Shown piece by piece: positions 21,278 through 30,726 of a stretch of DNA of 64,000 nt. The first letter of the stretch is position 1; each line of letters starts with the position of its first letter. A program made the position numbers and the translations under genes. The stretch lies in the NCBI GenBank assembly GCA_963769935.1, contig CAVYNY010000022.1, positions 576,001-640,000 of the forward strand, in the 5' to 3' direction. The stretch is from an uncultured delta proteobacterium. GTDB taxonomy: Bacteria; Desulfobacterota; Desulfobacteria; Desulfobacterales; JAFDCJ01. The notes beneath the pieces are model-generated. The model searched no databases. It was not told the origin of the DNA and saw only the letters and a list, made by a program, of their open reading frames with translations.

Positions 21278-22773
21278 TTGAAGCGTAATTTGCATTCAGA
21301 CGACCCGTCTGTCCCAGCGCGCGATGCAATGCTGCGCAGAATCCAGGAACTTGAAGAAAGATGTCGGCGGGCCGAAGATGCACTGCGCACATTGGAAGAA
21401 CGGGATCGGCTTCTGGGTGACAGCGCCCCGTTCGGAATTTTTGTCGTCGACATCGAGGGCCGTGTTTTCGGCGCCAATCAGAAAATGCTGGACATGCTGG
21501 CCTGGCCGGCGGGCCGGGATATCACACAGCTGAATATATTGAAACATACCCCCCCTGGTGGATTCCGGTGTCGCCGATGCGTTTCGGCGGTGCATGGAAA
21601 ATAGAATAGCGTGACCAGCGATCATCCCTGCCTGCCGGGCGCGATGGATGCTTGCATCTGCGCTATCAAATCAGTCCGGTGATAGACAAGGATGGAAGAT
21701 TTTCAGGAATTATCAGTCTTTGTCGAAGATGTCACCGAACTCAAACTTGCCGAAGAAAGCCATCATCGCCAGTGAAAAAAAATACCGGCTGCTGTTCGAA
21801 TCCGCTCCGGTGGCCATGATCGAACGGGACGCCAGCGAACTTAAGCAGCACCTGGAGCAGCTCCGGGCGGAAGGCATCTCCGATCTGCGCAGTTATTTTG
21901 ATCAGCATCCCCAGGAACTGATCCATTGCTCTGGGACTTATCAAGACCGTTAGACTGCAACAGCGCCTTCCTGGACCTGATGGAGGCCCAAACCTGGGAT
22001 GAAATCGATCGTGGCTTCAGAATGACCAACAGCCCCGATGATTTGATGCGAATGGCGCAGGAAATCATCATGATGGTGGCGGATGGCAACATTTCCAACG
22101 AGCGCGAAGAGACGTTTATGACATTAAGAGGAATCAAAAAGAGTATTCTGGCCAAATCTCTGCCGCTTTCCGGCCATGAAGACACGCTGTCGCGCATCTT
22201 GATCGCCATGGTCGACATTACCAAGCGCAAAGGGCCGAGGAGGCGCTGCGCGCCAGCGAGCAGCGCTTCCGCGAGCAGGCCATGCGGGACAATCTGACCG
22301 GCCTCTATAACCGGCGCTATCTGTACCAATCGCTGACCGATCTGATCGAACGCGCCAAAGTCAACGGATCGGTTGTTTCCGTGATATTCATGGATCTCGA
22401 CCACTTCAAAGCCGTCGTGGACACCTACGGCCATCTCAACGGAAGCCGGGCCATCAAAGAGGTGGCCGAAGCCATTCGGGCGTCCCTTGAAAAACCGGCT
22501 TACGCCGTGGCATATGCCGGCGACGAGTTCGTGGTGGTCCTGCCCGGTCTTGATCCGGCTGCGGCCATCGAACAGGCCAGAAATATTCAGGCGCGGATAA
22601 AAAATCAGGTTTTTCTGCACGACCAGGGTTTTGAGGTCCGCATCCAATCCAGCTTCGGCATCGCTGCCTTCCCGGAGCATGCCGACGACATGACGAATCT
22701 ATTGACCGCAGCGGATCATGCCCTGTTCGATGCCAAGGTCGCCGGAAAGGACGGCATAAAATTATTCAGTTAA
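21278..22773 (+). pseudogene. PAS-PAS-GGDEF diguanylate cyclase broken by multiple frameshifts
   Basis: Pieces in different frames join into PAS, PAS and GGDEF domains (DNLTGLYNRR, DLDHFK, YAGDEF). Could equally be assembly error. Confidence 0.8.
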
Positions 22774-22779
22774 ACCGGC

Positions 22780-23096
22780 AGCCCGGCTTTTACAAGGCTA
22801 ACGTTGCATAAATATTTTTAACTCTTTATGTGCGGTAGAAGCAAGATTGTCTTTTTTAGCGAGACGATGCTGGATGCTGGATGCTGGATGCTGGATACTG
22901 GATACTTGATGCTGGATATACTGGAATTCCCCGCGCGTGAGATCCAGAAACAACCAATATCCAGAAACCAGTATCTCTCCGAGGCGTAGGCTCTCCGAGC
23001 CGGAGGCCAGGATCACGTAATATTGCTAATGACTTTTATTACAACGGTTAATTTCAAGAAAATATTTTATGCAACTTAAGGGTAAAGTCGGGGCTA
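22780..23096. mobile_element. Composite MITE-like element with about 38 bp imperfect TIRs and internal GATGCTG arrays
   Basis: Left AGCCCGGCTTTTAC...GTTGCATAAATATTTT versus right AAAATATTTTATGCAAC...GTAAAGTCGGGGCT; GATGCTG x4 plus variants from 22866. Confidence 0.65.
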
Positions 23097-23189
23097 AGAC
23101 CTCACGCCACAATAACTTCCTATTATATACCCCGCTGCAGCACCTCAAATTTTAAAAAAGCATTCATTCGGAAGCGGCTTCGAAGCGCT

Positions 23190-24197
23190 TTACTTTAAGC
23201 AGCTTTTATAGGCCGCAGAGGCCTCCCGGTAGAGGAGATTTTCCTGCCCCAGATACCGGGGCGAGAAGTGAAAAATGCTGAACTGCCTGGCAGCCGCCCG
23301 GGCAGCCAACTCACCGGCCTGGCGGGCCGTGAGATGGTGCTTTTCACCGGCAATCGCCTGGTCTTTTTCCAGAAAAGCCGCTTCGATAAAGAGGTGATCG
23401 GAATCTTCGGCAAATGCGACTATTTTCTCATTGTTGTCATCGTTGTACGCCACATCGGTAATGTAGGTGATTTTCTGCCCCGGGGTGATTAATGCGATCT
23501 GCCCGGCGAGTTTTCCCAGTTCATACCGGTGGGGGGCTCCTTGTCCCGGGCGTCGGACTTCAAATGGCGCTGCCGGATCGGTACGCGCGTATACCGCCTG
23601 TTTAAAATCCGTCAACCAGGAGCCCGGCTCCAGGCCCAGGTTTTGTATGCCGTCCTTGATGATGTTGATGTGAAAACGCTCTTTGACGGACAATCCCAGG
23701 CAGGGGATTTTATGGTCGAGGATAATAGCCGAGACCTTAAACGCAGGCTCTGCATGCAGGACGCCGTTAAACGGCCGGCGGAGCGCTTGCCGGTCAGGCT
23801 CAAACCGGTCCCGGCAGGGAAACTCACGGTAAAGCGTGAAATCCGGATGGACTTCGGTGACCTGCAGGGTGAGCGGATAGTTGAAATTGTCAACCAGGTT
23901 CCAGGTATAACCGGCCAGTTTGCCGGCTACATTGTTTAAAAAGCCCGGGGGGCCGGCGAGGGCAAGATTGATTTCGCGTCCCAGCAAATGGCGCAACAGG
24001 CGGTCAAAGCCGATAAAATGATCCATGTGGGTATGCGTAATAAAGGCGTGGCTGATTTTGAGAAGATCTCCGGCCGGCAGGCCGCTGATGTCACCAAGAT
24101 CAAAGATCAGGGCACGTTTTTGGAACAGAAAGGGAATAAAAAGACCGGGATCATCAAAAGGACCGTTGGTGAGCCGGGGATGAAAGCTGGGGCGCAT
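23190..24197 (-). CDS. Ribonuclease Z-like metallo-beta-lactamase fold hydrolase
   Basis: THTHMDHFIG, YITD, IEAAF, HHLTARQAG and HFSPRY. Confidence 0.85.
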   Translation of the reverse strand: MRPSFHPRLTNGPFDDPGLFIPFLFQKRALIFDLGDISGLPAGDLLKISHAFITHTHMDHFIGFDRLLRHLLGREINLALAGPPGFLNNVAGKLAGYTWNLVDNFNYPLTLQVTEVHPDFTLYREFPCRDRFEPDRQALRRPFNGVLHAEPAFKVSAIILDHKIPCLGLSVKERFHINIIKDGIQNLGLEPGSWLTDFKQAVYARTDPAAPFEVRRPGQGAPHRYELGKLAGQIALITPGQKITYITDVAYNDDNNEKIVAFAEDSDHLFIEAAFLEKDQAIAGEKHHLTARQAGELAARAAARQFSIFHFSPRYLGQENLLYREASAAYKSCLK

Positions 24198-24619
24198 TAC
24201 AGCGGCATATATTTTTTAACTTGCTGATTGATGGTGAAATAAATTTCTTCATCGGACCCGAAGATATCCACCACATCTTTTTGGTTGATTAGTGTTTCAA
24301 TAACAAATGCGGTGACATAAAGGCTCACAATCTGGGGATTGGGAACTATATTCCGGATCGGTGCAATCTGGTAATCAATATCAAAATCCTCCGAGCGGCC
24401 CAGTTTGTCGAGACATTTTTGTAATTGTGCCTCGAGACTATTTTTGTTGGTCGTCTCAACCAGATTGTTTTCTACCAGTTTCGTCGCAATCCCATTGGCC
24501 AGGGGTTCCGCGCAATCCCTGACCTTGCTGATTGCCAACCGGCGCATGTGCTCCTTGGTGGATTCAATTTTAGATAAAATGTTTGATTCGCGCGTACTTG
24601 GACGAAATAGCTTGGCCAT
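24197..24619 (-). CDS. Hypothetical protein (possibly DUF507-like), coupled to the RNase Z-like gene
   Basis: 140 aa ORF; its stop overlaps the next start (TAATG). Confidence 0.75.
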   Translation of the reverse strand: MAKLFRPSTRESNILSKIESTKEHMRRLAISKVRDCAEPLANGIATKLVENNLVETTNKNSLEAQLQKCLDKLGRSEDFDIDYQIAPIRNIVPNPQIVSLYVTAFVIETLINQKDVVDIFGSDEEIYFTINQQVKKYMPL

Positions 24620-24777
24620 GGCATGCCACCTATCACCTATTAGATTGAAGATTGTTTATTTGTGGTATTCTATCTATTTAACAATGCCTGAATTGACCAC
24701 CCCCGATTTCGGCTGAGTTCACCTCGCAAGTGTCTGCGCCTCGGCAACAGGATGGTCTTCTACTTATCGACCACCGA

Positions 24778-24806
24778 ATAATAATGTTTAGCAACCAGGA
24801 TTGCAA
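24778..24806 (-). promoter_or_regulatory. Putative sigma70 promoter
   Basis: TTGCAA-N17-TATTAT on the minus strand, about 160 nt upstream of the ATG at 24619. Confidence 0.6.
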
Positions 24807-24850
24807 GTAAAATATAGCTGCTTGCAGGGCATTTTTATTCCAACATTGTA

Positions 24851-25235
24851 AGCCTGGTCCTCTGGGCCAGGTAAGAGAAGCTTGGCTGAGCCGTAAATGT
24901 ATATCGTGGAATGATGGAACACTGGAATGTTGGCCCGCCCTGGCGCGATTCTCCTCTGAGTTGTTGCCTCTAGTGCGGTAATTAAAATTTTTATTCGAGT
25001 AGGCTATCTATGTAATCGGTCTGGGCCAGGGAATACTGAAAACCCGCGTTTGGCGGAATTAGATTTTTTTCTATATTGTTGCGGAGCTCAAAAAACTAAA
25101 ATCAGATCATCATCCGCTTTTTATTCGCTTTATTCAATATTCCATTTTGCTCTCCGATCCGTAGGCTCTCCGATCCGTAGGCTCTCCGATCCGTAGGCTC
25201 TACGAGCCGGAGGCCACCATTCCATTTTTCCATGG
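24851..25235. repeat. Dispersed composite repeat, copy 1 (related copy at 46141-46403)
   Basis: Palindrome CCTGGTCCTCTGGGCCAGG, GCCGTAAATG, GGAATGAT-type octamers, GGAATTAGAT, CATCATCCGCTTTT and TATTCAATATTCCATT. Confidence 0.75.
25149..25215. repeat. 16-bp tandem repeat x4
   Basis: GCTCTCCGATCCGTAG x3 plus GCTCTACGAGCCGGAG. Confidence 0.9.
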
Positions 25236-25247
25236 ATTAATTAGGGA

Positions 25248-26966
25248 TTACAGCAGGTCTTCAACGATAATCTGGGCGGTTTTTTTTCCGTTCCACCGGT
25301 TCCAGCGGAGTTTGAAGACCATTTTTTCGAAACTATTCTGCCGGGCCGTCCGGTCATCGACATTGAAATGGATGGCTTGCAAGGGCGGGACGTTCCGAGC
25401 CGCTGATTGTCTTAACATCATGCGGCGGTGGTTTTTGCCAATAATTTTTGACGATACGACCTTAACGTTGGAAGAGATGAATAGCGGTTCGGGGTTGCCG
25501 GCGCCGAAGGGCACCAGGGATTGAATTTCATTGAGCAGGTCGGGCGAAATGGCGGCGAAATCCAGTTCACTGTCAATTTGCAACCTGGGTATTAAGTGTT
25601 TGCAGTGCGATACCTCCCGGACGGCTTCTTCGAAGGCGATTTGAAAGTCTGCCATGTTTTCCTCCCGGATTTTCATTCCGGCCGCCATGGAATGCCCGCC
25701 GAAGTCTTCCAGATACGGCTTGCATGCTGCAAGGGCCGCGTACAGATCGACTCCGGGGACACTCCGGGCCGAGCCTTTTCCCAGCCCGTCTTTGGTAGCA
25801 ATCAAAACAACCGGACGATAATATTCATCCATTATCCGCGAGGCGACAATCCCCAGCACGCCGGCGTGCCATCCGTCCCGGCTCAAAACCAGCGAACTGT
25901 GCTGGAGCAGTGAGGGATTGATATCCAAATAAGCGCGAATGTCGGCCAGGATTGTTTTTTCCAATGCCTGTCGCTTTCGATTCAGCAGATCGAGTGTTTG
26001 CGCGGCCTGGGCGGCAAAATTGACATCCCGGGTGGTCAGCAGATCCACCGCCCTTGAAGCATGGTCCAGGCGACCGGCGGCATTCAGGCGAGGCGCCAAC
26101 CTGAAGGCGATATCCTCGGCATCGAGGGTATCGTTGCGGATGCCGCTGACTTTCAGCAAGGCCGTCAGGCCGGGACGCTGCCCGTCGTTGATCAGTTCAA
26201 GGCCGGTTTTGCACAGGATGCGGTTTTCCCCGATAAGCGGCACCATGTCGGCCACCGTTCCCAGAGCCACCAGATCACAGTAGTTTTTCAGATTGGGCTC
26301 CGGACGCTCCTGCCAGAAGCCTTTTTCCCGCAGGTAGGTTCGCAGGCAGATCAGCAGATAAAATGCCACACCCACGCCGGACAGATTTTGCAGCCCCGCC
26401 GGGCAGTCGTGGCGTTTCGGATTAATTACGGCCAGGGCCGGAGGTATGTCGGATCCGATGTTGTGGTGATCGGTAATTATCATGTCGATGCCGAATCTGC
26501 TGGCCGCTTTTGCTGCCTGGCGGCTGCCTGAACCGCAGTCGGCGGTAATGATCAAACTGAATTTATTGGGGCGAACATAATGCGATATGTGCTGCGGCAG
26601 GATACTGTAGCCCTCATTGATCCGATGGGGAATGTAATATGAAACATCTGCACCGGTGTAGCGCAGAAAATCGAGCAAGATAACGGTGGCAGTTACGCCG
26701 TCGACATCGTAGTCCCCAAAAATCAGGATTTTTTGATTGCCGGCAATAGCGGCGTAAATCCGGTCGACGGCCGCTTCCATGCCGATCAGGGAAGAAGGCG
26801 GGCGTAAATTGTTCAATGAAACGGTCAAAAAGTCGCCGGCATCCGATGCCGTTAAAATGTTGCGGTTGGCCAGAAGCATTGCCGTCAGCGGATGGCAATT
26901 CAATTCCCGGGTCAGCTTTTTAACAACCGTCGGATCCGGCTTAAGGATGTGCCAATGTTTTTTCAT
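25248..26966 (-). CDS. recJ: Single-stranded-DNA exonuclease RecJ
   Basis: GDYDVDG, ITDHH, LGTVAD, PRLNAAGR, GSARS and GGHSMAAG. Confidence 0.96.
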   Translation of the reverse strand: MKKHWHILKPDPTVVKKLTRELNCHPLTAMLLANRNILTASDAGDFLTVSLNNLRPPSSLIGMEAAVDRIYAAIAGNQKILIFGDYDVDGVTATVILLDFLRYTGADVSYYIPHRINEGYSILPQHISHYVRPNKFSLIITADCGSGSRQAAKAASRFGIDMIITDHHNIGSDIPPALAVINPKRHDCPAGLQNLSGVGVAFYLLICLRTYLREKGFWQERPEPNLKNYCDLVALGTVADMVPLIGENRILCKTGLELINDGQRPGLTALLKVSGIRNDTLDAEDIAFRLAPRLNAAGRLDHASRAVDLLTTRDVNFAAQAAQTLDLLNRKRQALEKTILADIRAYLDINPSLLQHSSLVLSRDGWHAGVLGIVASRIMDEYYRPVVLIATKDGLGKGSARSVPGVDLYAALAACKPYLEDFGGHSMAAGMKIREENMADFQIAFEEAVREVSHCKHLIPRLQIDSELDFAAISPDLLNEIQSLVPFGAGNPEPLFISSNVKVVSSKIIGKNHRRMMLRQSAARNVPPLQAIHFNVDDRTARQNSFEKMVFKLRWNRWNGKKTAQIIVEDLL

Positions 26967-27265
26967 TAACCGGCCATATATCCTAAATGATGCCGGTCGA
27001 CAAGTCAAAATAGTTCCGGCCCATTACTCAGGCCTTGCAGCCTTCAGCTACCGCGCCGCCAGACACGAAGTGGGGATATGCCGCCGAAATTTTTGTCGAA
27101 TTACCAGTGACGCCGGCAATATCATTTTACGCTACCCTTTGCGCCTGAGGGGTGAACCATGACCGATTTTTTTATTGAAAAAACGAATGACATGGTTATA
27201 CTAAATGATGTTTTTAATTCTTCTTAACGTCGCATAAATCTGCATATTTATTTGTATTCGTTTTT

Positions 27266-27526
27266 ATGGCAACAATAAACAAATTTACCGAATCTGCCAA
27301 ACGATGTTATCGTGTTGACCGCCGCGAGATTGCCTATTTAAAATTCATATTGGAAGCTTACGACGGGCTGGCAGTTGTCAGCACGCTGGACCCTCAAGGG
27401 GGAATCATCGTTTTGCACATCTCACCCGGCTGTGAACCGGACGTAGAGACAATTTTGCGGGATCTGAATCGGGATATCATGATGGAGCCGGCGCAGCCGC
27501 CAATAGAACTGAAGATTGAAGATTGA
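27266..27526 (+). CDS. DUF4911-like small protein
   Basis: IAYLKFILEAYDGLAVVSTLD motif; lies upstream of miaB. Confidence 0.75.
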   Translation: MATINKFTESAKRCYRVDRREIAYLKFILEAYDGLAVVSTLDPQGGIIVLHISPGCEPDVETILRDLNRDIMMEPAQPPIELKIED

Positions 27527-27694
27527 AAATTTAACTATAGGGTTATCGGTTCGCCCGTTTGCCGGTATAGCGGGACGGGCCAACGGGCACAACGGGGAAA
27601 CAGGCCAACCGGTCTCATCCAGGATTGACGCAAATGCGCAGACCTCATAGGATACCTTATGCTGCCTAACCAGTTGTAAAATTACCGAGACTTT

Positions 27695-29116
27695 ATGATA
27701 AGCAAATATCTCTATATAAACACCATCGGCTGCCAGATGAATGTCTATGATTCCGAACAAATTGCATTTCGTCTGGCTGCCTTGGGGTATCAGCAGACAT
27801 CGTCGCTGGAAACGGCTGATCTGGTTATTCTCAACACCTGTACCGTCCGGGCTAAAGCCGAGCAAAAAGCCTTCAGTTTTCTGGGACGACTCGCAAGATT
27901 GAAAAAGAAAAAACCGGGACTTATCGTTGGGGTAGGCGGCTGTGTTGCCCAGCAGGAAGGCGCGAAAATGCTTGCGCGGGTGCCGCACCTCGATCTGGTG
28001 TTCGGGACCCGGACCATCGACCGGCTGCCGGCTTTGGTGCAGAAGATCGAAAACAAACGCTGCCGCATCGTTGATGTGTCGATGTCTGAAATTGCGGATC
28101 CGTCCGATGTCGTTTGCGGCCTGGGGTATGAAAATCAGGTGTCGCACTTTGTAACCATTATGCGGGGCTGCGACAATTTTTGTACGTATTGCGTGGTGCC
28201 CCATGTGAGGGGGCGGGAAACCAGCCGCCATCCCGACGGCATTATAAAAGAAATCAAGGGATTGGTCGGAAACGGCGCAAAAGAAATTACCCTGCTCGGG
28301 CAGAATGTCAACAGTTATGGGAAAAAGGAGGGGCTGTGCAGTTTCCCGGAATTGCTCGCCCGCGTTGAGGCCGTTGAGGGACTTCTGCGAATTCGCTTTA
28401 CCACGTCCCATCCCAAAGATTTCGATCAGGAATTGATCAACGCATTTCAGTCAAGTGAGAAGCTTTGTAATCACTTACACCTGCCGGTTCAATCCGGATC
28501 CAACCGGATGCTGGAGCGAATGAACCGCAAATATACGCGCGAGCTGTACCTTGACAAAGTTGCCAAACTCAGGGATACTTGTTCCGGGATTGCGATTACA
28601 TCCGATATGATTGTCGGTTTTCCGGGCGAAACGGATGCCGATTTTAATGATACACTGGATTTGATGCGAAAAGTGGAATTCGACGGTCTTTTCGCGTTTG
28701 TATATTCCGACCGTCCCAGTGCCCCCGCTGTAAAGTTTAAGGATAAGATTTCAGAACGGCGAAAAAGTGAAAGACTGCAAATTCTTCTGGAGTTGCAGGA
28801 ATCCTTTACAAAAAAGAAAAATCAGGCGCTGGTCGGCTCCGTTCAGCCAATACTGGCCGAAGGTTTCAGCAAAAGACAATCGTCGGGCAATATTGGAGAT
28901 TCACATCAGACTGTCCAGTGGACCGGACGCACGTCCACGAACAAAATCGTTAACTTTTATCAAAATGATAATCCTGGCAGCTGTAACGATATTTTTCCGG
29001 GGAAACTGGTTCATGTCAAGATTGAAAAGGCATACTCCCACTCACTTTGGGGAATACCCGTCGAAATTGAATCTGCAGCCGAAGGCTTGAAAGGAGAAAA
29101 TTGTTATGCTGCATAA
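27695..29116 (+). CDS. miaB: tRNA-2-methylthio-N6-dimethylallyladenosine synthase
   Basis: GCQMN, NTCTVR, GGCVAQ, radical SAM motif CDNFCTYC and a C-terminal TRAM domain. Confidence 0.96.
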   Translation: MISKYLYINTIGCQMNVYDSEQIAFRLAALGYQQTSSLETADLVILNTCTVRAKAEQKAFSFLGRLARLKKKKPGLIVGVGGCVAQQEGAKMLARVPHLDLVFGTRTIDRLPALVQKIENKRCRIVDVSMSEIADPSDVVCGLGYENQVSHFVTIMRGCDNFCTYCVVPHVRGRETSRHPDGIIKEIKGLVGNGAKEITLLGQNVNSYGKKEGLCSFPELLARVEAVEGLLRIRFTTSHPKDFDQELINAFQSSEKLCNHLHLPVQSGSNRMLERMNRKYTRELYLDKVAKLRDTCSGIAITSDMIVGFPGETDADFNDTLDLMRKVEFDGLFAFVYSDRPSAPAVKFKDKISERRKSERLQILLELQESFTKKKNQALVGSVQPILAEGFSKRQSSGNIGDSHQTVQWTGRTSTNKIVNFYQNDNPGSCNDIFPGKLVHVKIEKAYSHSLWGIPVEIESAAEGLKGENCYAA

Positions 29117-29603
29117 AGTAAGCATAGCGGGTCTGACGATGGATCCGGCATCCAATACTCCCATAATAATTCTAAAGTCGGAGGAAAATGATCAGGCCGT
29201 TCCCATCTGGATCGGGCTGCTTGAAGCCACTTCCATCGCTTCGGCCCTGCAAAGCATAAAATATGAACGTCCCATGACGCACGACCTTTTTAAGAACTTC
29301 TCAGATACGTTGCAAATCTCGATTGCGAAAGTCGAGGTCTGCGATTTAAGAGACAACACTTTTTTCGCCAGAATCTATTTTGTTTCCAAAGACAATAATT
29401 TCGATATTGATGCCCGGCCCAGCGATGCAATTGCCCTGGCTTTGCGGTTTGATGCCCCCATTTTCGTTGAGGACTCCGTTATGCAGAAATCGAAAGTCAG
29501 CGAGGGTGAAGGCGAGGCAATGGATACCAGTGAAGAAGGTAAAAAGTGGGCCGACTATCTTGCCAATTTGCCGCCGGATGATTTTGGTAAATATAAAGTG
29601 TAG
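29106..29603 (+). CDS. Bifunctional nuclease family protein (DUF151)
   Basis: PIWIG, RPMTHDL and DARPSDAIALAL. Confidence 0.92.
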   Translation: MLHKVSIAGLTMDPASNTPIIILKSEENDQAVPIWIGLLEATSIASALQSIKYERPMTHDLFKNFSDTLQISIAKVEVCDLRDNTFFARIYFVSKDNNFDIDARPSDAIALALRFDAPIFVEDSVMQKSKVSEGEGEAMDTSEEGKKWADYLANLPPDDFGKYKV

Positions 29604-29683
29604 CCGGACGGGATTGCAGTTGGCATACGGCCAAGTGTCGAACGGAACCGGCCGAAAATTATATAAAGTGAGAGAAGCAAATT

Positions 29684-29716
29684 AAGGCGCCTGTAAATTT
29701 GGGGGCGCTTTTTTTG
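29684..29716 (+). terminator. Intrinsic terminator
   Basis: AAGGCGCC...GGCGCTTT stem followed by a T run. Confidence 0.7.
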
Positions 29717-30100
29717 CTTTTAAAATCCTTAAAAAAATTAGATTTCAAAAGATTTTTGCAGAAAGACAGTTTGTTCATAACTTGTGAAAAACTTCTGATC
29801 TGACTAAAATTCTTACAAAAAATTACCCGCCTCCGATCCATTAATTTGTAATGGTCGACAAAAAATATCAAAATATTTTAATTGATTTCAGATACATATA
29901 AATTGTTCATAACTTTTTTAGCCGGTCAGGAAAAATCCGTCTAATCCGGTTTGACATCCCGCAGCGACTTTTTATAAATAGTGCTCTACATTTTTTTGTT
30001 TTATTGTTCAGAACCCTGCCAGATTCTAAAACAGCCATATTAACAAACCCTGATCCATACCGGTTTAAACTGTGTCGACATTTTCATCAATAAGATTATT

Positions 30101-30147
30101 GCACTATATATTGTAGTTTGGTGATCGGAATCCACAATATGTTGTTG
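30101..30147. promoter_or_regulatory. Tandem NrdR boxes
   Basis: GCACTATATATTGTAG (30101-30116) and CCACAATATGTTGTTG (30132-30147) fit acaCwAtATaTwGtgt; starts are 31 bp apart. Confidence 0.75.
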
Positions 30148-30173
30148 ACAATGCCCTGAGATTTGGCTATTAT
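30145..30173 (+). promoter_or_regulatory. sigma70 promoter overlapped by NrdR box 2
   Basis: TTGACA-N17-TATTAT. Confidence 0.75.
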
Positions 30174-30225
30174 TAAACCATCGAACCAATTGAAAAAATT
30201 CCACCAATTCTTTCGGAGACAAGGC

Positions 30226-30597
30226 ATGAGCGCTATTTTGGTTATTGATGATGAAAAAGGAATATTGCAGTTGATTCGCCAGGCGTTAACCCGGTTCGGT
30301 CACCATGTTGAAACAGCCGGGGACGGCAGGGAGGGCATACAGAAATTTGACGATGGAAATTATGACATTGTGATTACCGACATTCGCATGCCTGGTATTG
30401 ATGGCAATGGCGTCGTCGCGCATATACGCAAATCGAACAGGCAATCAATCCCGGTAATCGCTATATCCGGAACCCCGTGGGAGCTGGAAGGTAATAATTT
30501 TGATATGGTATTGCCGAAACCTTTTCCGCTGAACAACCTGGTTGAATCTATACGATCCTTTGTTGCAGTCCCCTCCGAGATGGCTGTCGGAATATAA
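30226..30597 (+). CDS. Stand-alone response regulator receiver
   Basis: ILVIDDE, ITDIRMPG and KPF; GGAG RBS. Confidence 0.9.
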   Translation: MSAILVIDDEKGILQLIRQALTRFGHHVETAGDGREGIQKFDDGNYDIVITDIRMPGIDGNGVVAHIRKSNRQSIPVIAISGTPWELEGNNFDMVLPKPFPLNNLVESIRSFVAVPSEMAVGI

Positions 30598-30726
30598 AAA
30601 TTTCGGTATCCTTCTTTCAAGAAGAGCCTGCTTCAGACTACCTATTCCAAAGAAAATCCATTTAATTTATTCCAATATGGAAAACCTGGTTCGCTGGGCC
30701 AGAATTCATTACTTTGGCGGATCACT

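Noticed and set aside
25149..25215. Possible CRISPR array
   Set aside because: Units are 16 bp and contiguous with no spacers; no cas genes in the window.
29717..30100. Replication origin
   Set aside because: Only about three DnaA-box-like sites and no dnaA, dnaN or gidA context; retained only as a regulatory candidate.
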